Below are positions 9,508 through 18,742 of a stretch of 34,236 nt of DNA, in pieces (position 1 is the stretch's first letter; each line of letters begins with the position of its first letter). The position numbers were made by a program, and so were the translations under genes. Source of the DNA: a bacterium (GTDB lineage: Bacteria > Patescibacteriota > Minisyncoccia > Phycocordibacterales > CAIZLB01); NCBI GenBank assembly GCA_043718245.1, contig JAYSWB010000054.1:1-34236 (forward strand). Reading direction: 5' to 3'. The notes under the pieces are model-generated. The model made no database searches and had not been told where the DNA came from. It was given only the letters and a program-made list of their open reading frames with translations.

Positions 9508-10170
9508 TTACTCTACAATATACCCACGTCCGGGTACTGTTTTAATCAAATTTGCTCTGCCCCCGTCCAGTTTTACTCGTAGATTCCTAACATGAGCCTC
9601 GATTGTATTTGAAAATGGGTTACTATCATTGTGCCAGACACTTTCATTTATATATCCTCGGCTGACAACTCTGCCTCGGTTTCTTGCAAAACATTCAAGG
9701 AGCATAAATTCCTTTCTTGTTAAGTAAATATTTTTTCCCTTTCGAGTGACGCTCTGCCTTGTAATGTCCAAACCAATATCATCAATATCCAAAGTTAAAC
9801 CATTAATTCCTTGCGGGCGACGAGTAACTGCTCTGATGCGTGCCAAAAGTTCATTAAATGAAAAAGGTTTTTGTAAATAGTCATCAGCACCAGCCTCGAG
9901 AAGTGCTATTTTCTCGGGGACCCTGTCGCATACAGAAATCATTATAATGGGAGCATGTTTGTTAGCGTCGCGTACTTCTTTGCAAACCTGGAGACCACTT
10001 CTTCGAGGAAGCATGTAGTCCATGATAATTAAGTCATAGTAGTTTGTACGAGCAAGATACGATCCATCTTCGCCATTATCAACGCAATCAACAGTAAAAA
10101 GTTCACTTTCTAAATTTTCTCGTAAAGTTTCTCTAATATCGTGGTTGTCTTCAACCAAGAGAATTTTCAT
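9508..10170 (-). CDS. OmpR/PhoB-family response regulator
   Basis: KILLVED, phospho-acceptor MDYMLP, GADDYLQKPF, winged helix ending TVPGRGY. Confidence 0.95.
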   Translation of the reverse strand: MKILLVEDNHDIRETLRENLESELFTVDCVDNGEDGSYLARTNYYDLIIMDYMLPRRSGLQVCKEVRDANKHAPIIMISVCDRVPEKIALLEAGADDYLQKPFSFNELLARIRAVTRRPQGINGLTLDIDDIGLDITRQSVTRKGKNIYLTRKEFMLLECFARNRGRVVSRGYINESVWHNDSNPFSNTIEAHVRNLRVKLDGGRANLIKTVPGRGYIVE

Positions 10171-10256
10171 GTTTTTATGTAATTATTATATTAAATAACT
10201 ACAATTTATCAACTACAGATGAAGGAAAGCTTAAGAAAACCTCTATTTATCCCCAA

Positions 10257-10742
10257 TTAGAGACTTTTGACCCTTAATTTCGTCTGTCTCTCCTTGTCTA
10301 CCTTTGGGAGTCGTACAGTTAGAAGGCCCTGATTTTCAAGTGCCTCTGCTCGTTCGATGTCTACCTCATGGGGTAAAACGATACTTCTAGAAAATGTTCC
10401 CCAGTAGAGTTCTTTATGAAAATAGTCTTGATCTGACACCTCGCTCTCTTCTTTTCGACTGCCTTTGATGGTCAAAATGTCTCGTGAAAGGGAAATTTCA
10501 ACATCTTCACGCTTTACACCAGGAATCATAGTCCTCACAATGACATGCGATGCCGTTTGATATACGTCCAATGCCAGTTCGCCTTCACCGGCTTGCTCTT
10601 CAAGCCATGTAGATGAAATACCAGAGGAACCACTTTGCTTTGTTAAGTGTTTTTTATGATCGTGCTCTTCAACCTCTTCAATTTCATCGTCAATAATGAC
10701 GCTACCTGTTAATCTTTCAAATAATGATCTTTTCTTTTTCAT
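10257..10742 (-). CDS. small heat shock protein (Hsp20/alpha-crystallin)
   Basis: LDVYQT, IPGVKREDV, GTFSRSIVLP, GLLTVRLPK, terminal LRV. Confidence 0.94.
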   Translation of the reverse strand: MKKKRSLFERLTGSVIIDDEIEEVEEHDHKKHLTKQSGSSGISSTWLEEQAGEGELALDVYQTASHVIVRTMIPGVKREDVEISLSRDILTIKGSRKEESEVSDQDYFHKELYWGTFSRSIVLPHEVDIERAEALENQGLLTVRLPKVDKERQTKLRVKSL

Positions 10743-10748
10743 GCTTTT

Positions 10749-11483
10749 TTAGAAGTTTTTAATCTTTTTCACGCGCTCGAGACTTATCGTTAAAAGAATG
10801 ACCAAAACCCAGACTGATAAGAACACAGGAAGCGTATTTTCTTTGTCGTTGTTTATTATAAAAAAATTAAACATAGAATGCAAGGCAACTGCGATGAATA
10901 AACCTGCACAGAGGGCAAAGAATTTTTTAGTCTTTGAAGCGTAGAACGTCAGTCCAATGCAAAGTGCAATGACCCCAGAGGCAATAAAATGAAGTAGCGA
11001 GGCGCCCATAAAACGCATAGCGGCTGCATTTATAGCTGTAATTGCTTCTCCGCGAAGTAGGGGTCCTAATAAAAGGATAGTATTTTCCATCGCAGAAAAC
11101 CCCAAAGAAGCGGTTGTCATATAAATAAATGCATCAATTGGGTGAAGAAATGAAGCGTGTTTAAAAGCCGTAAAGCGCGCAGCCAGATACTTTGTCAGTT
11201 CCTCCCAGAAAGCCCAGATGGTTAATGCAACAATACCACCGGCAGCGAAAGTGGGCACAAAAAACTTTCCAAAATAAATCGTCAGTTGTTGAAGCGGAAA
11301 TACCACAAACACTCCGGCCATACCAACCATGAAGGTAAAGATAATTAAACTGCGGGGCTCGTGATGATCGTTTTCCTCGTGCATCCAAAACCAAAGCCAT
11401 AAAAGAGCAGGTAAAATACCACCCATGAGGGCATAGAGAAAGACATGAAGTTTTAATGCGCAGATTATGCTTGTACAGGCCAT
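10749..11483 (-). CDS. prsW: PrsW-family intramembrane metalloprotease (true start may be downstream)
   Basis: HEPR, EExxK, GFSAMEN, H and HxxFN motifs within transmembrane helices. Confidence 0.9.
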   Translation of the reverse strand: MACTSIICALKLHVFLYALMGGILPALLWLWFWMHEENDHHEPRSLIIFTFMVGMAGVFVVFPLQQLTIYFGKFFVPTFAAGGIVALTIWAFWEELTKYLAARFTAFKHASFLHPIDAFIYMTTASLGFSAMENTILLLGPLLRGEAITAINAAAMRFMGASLLHFIASGVIALCIGLTFYASKTKKFFALCAGLFIAVALHSMFNFFIINNDKENTLPVFLSVWVLVILLTISLERVKKIKNF

Positions 11484-13609
11484 TTTTGAACGATAAGCAT
11501 ATTATCGTCTATTTTGACAGATTTTGGAAGGAGCGACCAGAGCTCTTCGGTGATAAAAGGCATGAATGGGTGGAGGACAGTGATCGAGTCTTTTAGGAGG
11601 AGGGCGAGGAGGGCTTGGCGGGACTCTTTGTTTTCTGATAATAAGACTTTCTTACTGTCCTCAATTAACATATCAGCTATATCGTTCCAAATGTAATGAT
11701 AGATTTTTTCAGAAGCAAGGTGATATCTGTATTCGTTTATATCTTTAGTTATATCTTTTAGAAAATTATTATGTAGAAGTATAAATGTTTTATCTGTGTC
11801 ATTTAGAGTTTTTTCTCCATCGTAATCTTCCAGAGCTGTCAAAATAAACCGCGTAATATTCCACAGCTTATTTCCAAAGTTTCTATTACCTTTAATTTTG
11901 TCTTCAGAAACCTTCATGTCCGTTCCAGGAGCGGTTCCTAAAATAAGGGTAAGTCTTGTCGCGTCCATTCCAAACTTATTTGCCATATCGATCGGATCAA
12001 TTCCATTCCCCAGGGATTTTGAAAACTTTACACCTTTTGCATCGCGAACAATTCCGGTAATTAAAACTTTCTTAAATGGAATTTGATCAAGAGCGTAACC
12101 TGTCATCATAATCATTCTCGCAACCCAGAAGAAAAGGATTTCATAAGCAGTCACAAGCAGGTTTGTCGGGTGGAAAACTTTCAAATCTTTCGTGTCATTT
12201 GGCCAGCCCATTGTAGAAAAAGTCCAAAGACCAGAAGAAAACCAGGTATCAAGTGTGTCCTCGTCTTGTTTCCAATCAGAGCCTTCAGGTGCGTCAATTC
12301 CGCAGTATATTTCCTCACCTTTATACCAAACGGGGATTCGGTGACCATACCAAATTTGCCTTGAAATACACCAGTCTTTCAAATTGTCGATCCAGTGGAA
12401 ATAGGTTTTATCGAAATGCGTCGGCATAATTTCAATTTTTCTATCAGCAACTGCAGAGCGCATAATGTCTTTTAGGGTTGTTGTGTGTCCGTTTTTTGTG
12501 AAATCTTTGTTTACTGCGACGAACCACTGTAATTTTGGAAGTGGCTCTACGATTCCACCAGTTCTTTCAGCGGTAGAGATGTTTTGATTAATTTCTTTTT
12601 CTTCAATCATCAGGTTTTCAGATTTAAGCCATTCAACAATCGCGGTGCGTGCATCTGTGGTTTTCTTATTCAAAATTCTTTCATCACCAACGGTCATTTT
12701 GGAGTACTCGTTTATAACTTGTTTGATAGGTAGATTGTGTCGTTCTGCCATCATGAAATCGATTTGGCTATGAGCAGGGGTAACGCCAAGTGCACCAGTT
12801 CCAAACTCTGGATCCACTTCTTTATCCGCAATGACTTTTACTGTAACTGGTACTCCGCAAAAATCGAATGAAAATTCCTGGCCAATATACTTTTGGTAGC
12901 GTGCGTCATCGGGGTGAACAGCAACGGCGGTGTCACCAACTTTAGTCTCAGGTCGAGAGGTAGAAATGGAAATAGGGAAGTCTTTTGAATATTTGAAAGT
13001 ATACAAAACCGCTTTGCGTTCTTCGTAAACAATTTCATCGTCCGAAATTGTAGTTTGACCTTTCGGGTCCCAATTGACTACTCGAAATCCTCGGTAGATC
13101 AAACCATCGTCGTACATTTGTTTGAAAATAGTTCGAACTGCGAGATTTCTTTTATCGTCCAAAGTAAAAGCTTCGCGCGACCAATCACATGAGGCACCGG
13201 TTACTTTTAATTGAGAGACAATCGTGTCGTGACTTTGCTGGGCGAATTCCTTAATTCGCTGCAACATTTCTTCGCGACCTAAGTCATGGCGAGATTTTCC
13301 TTCCTTTTTCTGAATGTCTTTTTCTACTTTTGCTTGGGTTGCAATTGCCGCGTGATCAGTTCCAGGAATCCATAATGCTTTCTTTCCGTTCATTCGATTA
13401 AAGCGGATAGCGATGTCTTGGATTGTCGCACCAAGTACATGACCCAAATGCAGGGTGCCTGTTACGTTTGGAGGGGGGAGGATGATGGTGTAAGTCTCAT
13501 CTCCTTTTAAGTTGTCAGGATTAAAAAGTCCGCTTTTTTCCCAAGCTTCGTAGATGCGTTTTTCAGTGTCCTGAGGGTTGTAGGGTTTTAAAAGTTTTTC
13601 GGGAATCAT
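11465..13609 (-). CDS. valS: valine--tRNA ligase (short form, 714 aa)
   Basis: PPPNVTGTLHLGH, GTDHAAIATQ, DWCISRQIWYGH, DTLDTWFSS, KFSKS. Confidence 0.97.
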   Translation of the reverse strand: MIPEKLLKPYNPQDTEKRIYEAWEKSGLFNPDNLKGDETYTIILPPPNVTGTLHLGHVLGATIQDIAIRFNRMNGKKALWIPGTDHAAIATQAKVEKDIQKKEGKSRHDLGREEMLQRIKEFAQQSHDTIVSQLKVTGASCDWSREAFTLDDKRNLAVRTIFKQMYDDGLIYRGFRVVNWDPKGQTTISDDEIVYEERKAVLYTFKYSKDFPISISTSRPETKVGDTAVAVHPDDARYQKYIGQEFSFDFCGVPVTVKVIADKEVDPEFGTGALGVTPAHSQIDFMMAERHNLPIKQVINEYSKMTVGDERILNKKTTDARTAIVEWLKSENLMIEEKEINQNISTAERTGGIVEPLPKLQWFVAVNKDFTKNGHTTTLKDIMRSAVADRKIEIMPTHFDKTYFHWIDNLKDWCISRQIWYGHRIPVWYKGEEIYCGIDAPEGSDWKQDEDTLDTWFSSGLWTFSTMGWPNDTKDLKVFHPTNLLVTAYEILFFWVARMIMMTGYALDQIPFKKVLITGIVRDAKGVKFSKSLGNGIDPIDMANKFGMDATRLTLILGTAPGTDMKVSEDKIKGNRNFGNKLWNITRFILTALEDYDGEKTLNDTDKTFILLHNNFLKDITKDINEYRYHLASEKIYHYIWNDIADMLIEDSKKVLLSENKESRQALLALLLKDSITVLHPFMPFITEELWSLLPKSVKIDDNMLIVQKWPVQA

Positions 13610-13786
13610 GTGGTAAATAGTAGCAATTATAGGGATATTAGGGAATTTGACAATTTAAATATATATGGTATACTGTATATGTAAAAGTACATTAAAACTT
13701 GGTGTTCTATGTTAGTTTATTTTGCTAAAAAGGAGCTGAAGGATTCGGCTCTTACTTTGCAAAATAAACCCAACTATACACACAAC

Positions 13787-14029
13787 ATGAAAAACATAAT
13801 TGCACTGATTGTCCTCATTATCCTTCAAGCCACGGCAAAAGCCTATGAGCTAATTCCGGATTCAGGGGAAGAATACCTTCCTCGGGAAATACAGGAGGGG
13901 ATAATGTATTTCGACCGCATGGTCGTAATACTGGTAGCAATACCACTATTCGGAATACCCATTGCTATGGGTATAATCGAACTCACTCTGTGGGTTCAGA
14001 AAAAAAGGTTGAAAAAAATAGGACAATGA
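13787..14029 (+). CDS. small hypothetical membrane protein (signal peptide plus one TM helix)
   Basis: In-frame ATG 13787 gives MKNIIALIVLIILQATAKA; TTGACA-16-TATACT promoter upstream and terminator downstream. Confidence 0.6.
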   Translation: MKNIIALIVLIILQATAKAYELIPDSGEEYLPREIQEGIMYFDRMVVILVAIPLFGIPIAMGIIELTLWVQKKRLKKIGQ

Positions 14030-14083
14030 AGTCCCGCAAGAGAGAGCTCCCGCAAGGACCTCCACTTGCGGGGCTTTTTCTTT
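14029..14083 (+). terminator. intrinsic terminator between convergent genes
   Basis: AAGTCCCGCAAG...CTTGCGGGGCTT followed by TTTCTTTT; the CCCGCAAG arm occurs twice. Confidence 0.7.
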
Positions 14084-15288
14084 TACAACCCCAAATTCCC
14101 ACTCGCCCTAAAATCCTTTTCCAAACTTTCTCCCTTACTTACAAACCGCATATAACCCGCCACCGCAATCATAATCGCATTATCAGTCGAATGCTCAATC
14201 TGTGGAACAAAGAGATTAATATCAATAAAATCTAACGCAGTCATTTTTTGAAAAGCCTCTCGAATATTTTCATTCGCAATGACACCACCACCGATAATAA
14301 GCGTGCGCACATTGTTATCAATCATTGCCGCTCGAGTTTTCTTCACCAACACCTCGGTCGCAGAATCCTCAAACTCTCTCGCAATATCTTCTTTATCAGT
14401 TTCGGAAAGTAAAGACATTTTTTTAACTAAATACAAAACCGCCGTTTTCAGTCCCGAAAAAGAAAAATCATAATCTTTTGTATTCAACATCGGACGAGGT
14501 AAAACTATGTCGGTATTTTTTTCTCTTTCTCTAGATTTTTTAGCTAGTAAAGAAATCTTTGGTCCACCTGGATATGGAAGTCCCAAAATTCTCGCAACCT
14601 TATCAAACGCCTCACCGACAGCATCATCCCTTGTTCTTCCAATAACAGAATATTCGTGCCAACTTTTTATTAAAACCAATTCAGTGTGTCCTCCAGAAAT
14701 TAAAAGTGCCAAAGCAGGGAAGGTGATATTTTGCGCACTATCAACCAACACCGAAACAATATGCCCCTCCATGTGATTTGTCGGAACCACTGAAATGTTC
14801 CAAATCGTTCCTAATGTTTTCGCAAAGTTTATTCCAACCCAAAGTGCAGGCTCGAGTCCCGGGCCTTGTGTAACGGCTATCACATCAATATTTGGCTTTT
14901 CAATTGTTTCGAAAAGCTTGATAACATCCTCGGCCATTTCATGCTCCATTTTTAGGGAGGTTAAAATACTAGATTTTTCTTCTTCCGAAAAAGTAGATTT
15001 CTTTTCTTTGTATAAACCTGCTTTTTTCAGCGCTTCAACAAAAATCGGCGTAATATTTTTACTATGTTCCCGTTTAGCAAGTGCTGGAAAAACACCACCG
15101 TGTTTAGCGTGGATTTCGATCTGAGATTGGAGGGCATTACCTAAAACCTTAATTTCAGGACCGTTATTTGAGGTATCAATTACGTCGCTTCCATTATAAA
15201 TAGCGGCACGTTCTCCAGCCTCAACGATACAAACCGCCGTCTCGTCACAGCTCGTTTCTATGCCTAAAACTATGGTTTTTTTACTCAT
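14083..15288 (-). CDS. tsaD: tRNA threonylcarbamoyltransferase TsaD
   Basis: LGIETSCDET, GPGL, NHMEGH, ISGGHT, DDAVGEAFDKVAR, FSFSGLKT, TDNAIMIA; likely start 15288. Confidence 0.97.
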   Translation of the reverse strand: MSKKTIVLGIETSCDETAVCIVEAGERAAIYNGSDVIDTSNNGPEIKVLGNALQSQIEIHAKHGGVFPALAKREHSKNITPIFVEALKKAGLYKEKKSTFSEEEKSSILTSLKMEHEMAEDVIKLFETIEKPNIDVIAVTQGPGLEPALWVGINFAKTLGTIWNISVVPTNHMEGHIVSVLVDSAQNITFPALALLISGGHTELVLIKSWHEYSVIGRTRDDAVGEAFDKVARILGLPYPGGPKISLLAKKSREREKNTDIVLPRPMLNTKDYDFSFSGLKTAVLYLVKKMSLLSETDKEDIAREFEDSATEVLVKKTRAAMIDNNVRTLIIGGGVIANENIREAFQKMTALDFIDINLFVPQIEHSTDNAIMIAVAGYMRFVSKGESLEKDFRASGNLGL

Positions 15289-15305
15289 GGGATCTCTAAT
15301 ATATA

Positions 15306-15920
15306 CTATTTTGTGCAAATCCAAAGGCCGTCACCTGTCGTGAGTTCTTCAACTTCCCATCCATTTTTAACTAGGTATACTTTAAAAGTTTCTAAGCGTT
15401 CTTTCATGTCAGTGGTGTTATCAACTATTAAAAAAGTTTTATCTGAAATTGCAGAATAAAGTGCCTCTAAATATTGAATAAAATTGGCACGGTTCGCGTC
15501 GAAAAACAATAAATCTACCTGCTTTACCTCATCAGCAATTTTCGGTATTGCAGTTTCAATTTCTTCTTCAAAAACTTCTACATTAATATTTGCTTTCTTA
15601 AAATAATCTTTAGCAATGTCCGATTTATACTTCCTCTTTTCAATTGTGCGTAGCTTTCCTTGGGTTTTTTTAAGTGCCAAGCCCATCCATACACCTGAAT
15701 ATCCAATACCCGTCCCAAGCTCAATAACATTCTTAATATTATTCTTCAAAATGAAATCATGTAAAAATTCTCCAGTTTCCGGAGAAACTGGCCATGGTCT
15801 GTCACCATAAACACCATCTTTATCAGTTAGATGTTGTCCTATTTCAATCTGAGAAGCAGAATACCAAACGAGTGTTTTGGATAGCTTTTCCAGTTCTTCT
15901 AAAATTTCTTTTCCTTCCAT
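15306..15920 (-). CDS. class I SAM-dependent O-methyltransferase (YrrM/TrmR-like)
   Basis: VIELGTGIGYSG motif I, LFFDA, IVDN; ATG 15920 follows the upstream stop. Confidence 0.85.
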   Translation of the reverse strand: MEGKEILEELEKLSKTLVWYSASQIEIGQHLTDKDGVYGDRPWPVSPETGEFLHDFILKNNIKNVIELGTGIGYSGVWMGLALKKTQGKLRTIEKRKYKSDIAKDYFKKANINVEVFEEEIETAIPKIADEVKQVDLLFFDANRANFIQYLEALYSAISDKTFLIVDNTTDMKERLETFKVYLVKNGWEVEELTTGDGLWICTK

Positions 15921-15921
15921 C

Positions 15922-16143
15922 TTAACCTCTAGTGTAGTCAACGGGTGTAGTTGATGATGGCGCTTCTTCTTCTATACTTGGAAAACAGATATCACCAGTC
16001 ATGATGTCAAATTTGTCTCCTGGTGCACAAGATACTAGTGGGGGAGTTTTCACTGCTGTCATTGATAGGTAGGCCCAGATAATAAGAGCAGAAACTACGA
16101 TGACACCGAGAATCAGTATAGAGTTGGTTTTGATGTTTTTCAT
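15922..16143 (-). CDS. small membrane-anchored hypothetical protein
   Basis: N-terminal TM helix, CAPGDKFDIMTGDIC motif; TGcTATACT 6 nt before ATG 16143. Confidence 0.65.
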   Translation of the reverse strand: MKNIKTNSILILGVIVVSALIIWAYLSMTAVKTPPLVSCAPGDKFDIMTGDICFPSIEEEAPSSTTPVDYTRG

Positions 16144-16233
16144 TTGTACAGTATAGCACAAATTCCTAATTTAGTAAGGGAACTACCTTATCTTCGTCTA
16201 TTATAGGTATAACAAATAATAAGTTAAAAAAAC

Positions 16234-16599
16234 ATGAATTCATCATACACCTCATCAAGTACCAAGCCTCTTTATCGAGGAACTCAAATAGTTTGGTATA
16301 TTCTCGGTATTATAGAGGCCCTACTAGCGTTTCGATTTATTCTAAAGCTCCTTGGGGCAAATCCAGGAGCTGGCTTCACCAATTTTATTTACGGAATCAC
16401 CTATGTCTTTGCTAATCCATTTTTGTCGGTTTTTCGAAGTACCGAGATCGTTTCAGGTAGCATTTTCGAATGGACTTCACTTCTCGCGATGGTTGTATAT
16501 TGGATTGTGGCAATGGGTATAATCAATTTATTCTTTATGGGAAAGACAGTTTCAACACCTGAAGCAGCTGCCAAGATGGAAGTTGAAGAGAAGAGATAG
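16234..16599 (+). CDS. YggT-family membrane protein
   Basis: RFILKLLGANP...FIYGIT...PF...LLAMVVY pattern. Confidence 0.8.
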   Translation: MNSSYTSSSTKPLYRGTQIVWYILGIIEALLAFRFILKLLGANPGAGFTNFIYGITYVFANPFLSVFRSTEIVSGSIFEWTSLLAMVVYWIVAMGIINLFFMGKTVSTPEAAAKMEVEEKR

Positions 16600-17067
16600 T
16601 TAAAACTCGATTTTACCTTTAGGTGAAAATAATTCCACTGAACTGATGGTGGGGTATTGAGTGAGGGTGTCATTGAGGACGGCCATTAGGTGTCCGCTCT
16701 CGCAACTGCTAAGCGCACTGAGGGGTTTTCCTTTAGGGTCCATGTCGCTTTCAAGTGTTACTTTGGCGACACTATTTGTAATAGTAACTGATTTGTAAAC
16801 TCCATATCGAGCAAGTTCTTCATTGAAAAGTATTTTTAAAGATGCATCTGCAACGGCGGTTGTTTTTGGGACTTTGTATGTCACAGGGTAGGTAACTCTA
16901 CAGTCGCTTGTTTTCGCGACTTCTTTATTCTGGATGTACAAAGTTAGGACTGTTTGGTCTTTTGATGTCGCGGGGGGTGTTACTTTTGGTTTTGACTGAG
17001 AGGTGGTAAAGATTACTAATAAGATAGTAATGATGAATATGATGAGGGCGATGTTTAGTTTTTTCAT
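16600..17067 (-). CDS. secreted/anchored protein with probable GerMN-like domain
   Basis: N-terminal TM helix; TTAVADASLKILF and SSC...TLTQYPTISSV resemble GerMN. Confidence 0.6.
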   Translation of the reverse strand: MKKLNIALIIFIITILLVIFTTSQSKPKVTPPATSKDQTVLTLYIQNKEVAKTSDCRVTYPVTYKVPKTTAVADASLKILFNEELARYGVYKSVTITNSVAKVTLESDMDPKGKPLSALSSCESGHLMAVLNDTLTQYPTISSVELFSPKGKIEF

Positions 17068-17116
17068 ATGTGAAGTATAGCAAAGTATGAATTTTCAATC
17101 ATGTTATAATGACACC

Positions 17117-17485
17117 ATGAAAACAGCCACTCGTCTGAATCCACCTTTGTGGGAAGCCTGTAAAAAAGAAGCGGTATATAAAATGGGAAAGTTCTCTGCC
17201 CGCGCTATGCAGTACGCGGTTACTTTGTATAAAAAAAGAGGAGGGAAATATTCAGGGGTGAAAAGTCCAAAGAATAGTCTGACACTTTGGACCAAGGAAG
17301 ACTGGGGATATACAGGTGAAGAAAAGCGTAGTAGGTATTTGCCAAAGAAGGCTAGGGAGAGTTTAACGAGGGGAGAGAAAATTGCCACAGACAGGGCAAA
17401 GAATGCAGGGACGAGGGCGAATAAACAGTGGGTTCCGCAACCGAAAAAGATTGCGAAAAAGACGGCGAAATTTAGGTTGAAGTAG
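17117..17485 (+). CDS. basic hypothetical protein, DUF5872-like (virus-associated family, from recall)
   Basis: SARAMQ...YKKRGGKY, W-x3-DW, RYLPKKA, KQWVPQPKKIA; TGtTATAAT 6 nt before ATG 17117. Confidence 0.7.
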   Translation: MKTATRLNPPLWEACKKEAVYKMGKFSARAMQYAVTLYKKRGGKYSGVKSPKNSLTLWTKEDWGYTGEEKRSRYLPKKARESLTRGEKIATDRAKNAGTRANKQWVPQPKKIAKKTAKFRLK

Positions 17486-17486
17486 C

Positions 17487-17508
17487 GGTGAGCCCAGTAT
17501 GCCTCGAA
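17487..17508 (+). repeat. left attachment junction, degenerate copy of the tRNA-Glu 3' end
   Basis: ggtgagcccagtatgcctcgaa vs ggtgaccccacagagaatcgaa at 22267-22288, ungapped, with both end blocks conserved. Confidence 0.72.
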
Positions 17509-17604
17509 TGGAACACCATGGAAAACTATGTGTTGAACTGGAAACAAGCAATGCAAACGATTGATCCTTCATATTTAATACTTAAGACGAGCTATGTATC
17601 ATAG
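17488..17604 (+). other. orphan in-frame C-terminal tail of the serine recombinase, joined to it only in the excised circle
   Basis: Open frame VSPVCLEWNTMENYVLNWKQAMQTIDPSYLILKTSYVS* starts at the GTG of the att core, in phase with recombinase codon V553 (22268-22270). Confidence 0.65.
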
Positions 17605-17719
17605 GATATTTACAACAAAGAGGTGTGATAGAAGATACCTCAGAGTGTATGGAACAGTAGTTAGTATGAGTATATCGAGCGAAATTAAATCTGCTGAACC
17701 AGTGCAGTAAATCAAAACT

Positions 17720-18193
17720 ATGAATAACATCACACTTACCAAATCAGGTCCTGAGTCACTTCTTACAGAAGATTTGTCCTTACGAATAAGGACTCTCCTT
17801 TTACAAGGCAAGAAGATCAAAGAAATCCAGAAATGGTGCGGTATTAAACCTGGCACATGGGATAAGTGGTATTTTGAGAACCATAAGGATTTCAGGCAGA
17901 AAATTACTAATTGGAGGAAGGAACGTTTTCTCCAAAAATCCATTTCTAACATTGAAGAAATGCTTGAAATGGAAACAAGTCACGAAGTAAGACAAGGAGA
18001 ATACTCGGCTCGTATTACTGATCCGAGGCTCCTTAAAATCAAGCTGGAAGCCTCTAAGTTCGTATTAGAGAATTTCAAATCTGAAAAGGATAAACAAGCT
18101 ACCGAGCTTTCTGCTGACCGAATGAGGCGAGTTTTGGAGATATTTGAGATGAATAGGAGAGGTGTCTATACTCAAGACACCTTGAAGGAATAG
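17720..18193 (+). CDS. HTH protein, terminase small subunit-like
   Basis: N-terminal HTH (IKEIQKWCGIKPGTWDKW) followed by a helical region; 157 aa; inside the element. Confidence 0.5.
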   Translation: MNNITLTKSGPESLLTEDLSLRIRTLLLQGKKIKEIQKWCGIKPGTWDKWYFENHKDFRQKITNWRKERFLQKSISNIEEMLEMETSHEVRQGEYSARITDPRLLKIKLEASKFVLENFKSEKDKQATELSADRMRRVLEIFEMNRRGVYTQDTLKE

Positions 18194-18194
18194 T

Positions 18195-18740
18195 TTATGA
18201 ATTTCTTATTTCAGAAATCTTTGAATACAGATTTTGTGCATTCTCAATTGAGTAAAATGCTGTTGGCATATTATAGAAATTTCTCATCATAGGCCATCCA
18301 GGAATGTAAAAGTTTATAACTCCTTTTGAACCAAAAATAATGTCTCCTTTCCCTGAAGATTTAACATTAAGCTGTATGTCACCTAATTTTTTAAGGTCAA
18401 CAGATTTAAGTTCAATGCTTGATACGCCTTGTTGAACAAGAGCTCTTTTGTCTGTCAAAACATAATAAAGATTATTATATTCTTTATTTGCAACAAAAAA
18501 TCTACCAATGGTAATATATAGACCCATTAGGACGAAAAAACCTCCGAAGATAAGAAAGAAAAAGGGCGCACCACTTACCCATGCAGTAAATTCCCAAAAC
18601 AAAGCAAATGCAAACCAGACAAATGTAAAAGGTATGATAAACCAAGACGGTCCTTGAAATAAGAAAGATTTTTTATCAGGTTTTCCCTCCCAAATTACCT
18701 TTTCATCTGGTAATAGTTGGCTCTTAATAAATTCCGTCAT
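18195..18740 (-). CDS. membrane protein with bacterial PH-like domain
   Basis: LLPDEKVIWEGKP, two TM helices, YVLTDKRAL...GDIIF pattern. Confidence 0.75.
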   Translation of the reverse strand: MTEFIKSQLLPDEKVIWEGKPDKKSFLFQGPSWFIIPFTFVWFAFALFWEFTAWVSGAPFFFLIFGGFFVLMGLYITIGRFFVANKEYNNLYYVLTDKRALVQQGVSSIELKSVDLKKLGDIQLNVKSSGKGDIIFGSKGVINFYIPGWPMMRNFYNMPTAFYSIENAQNLYSKISEIRNS

Positions 18741-18742
18741 GT

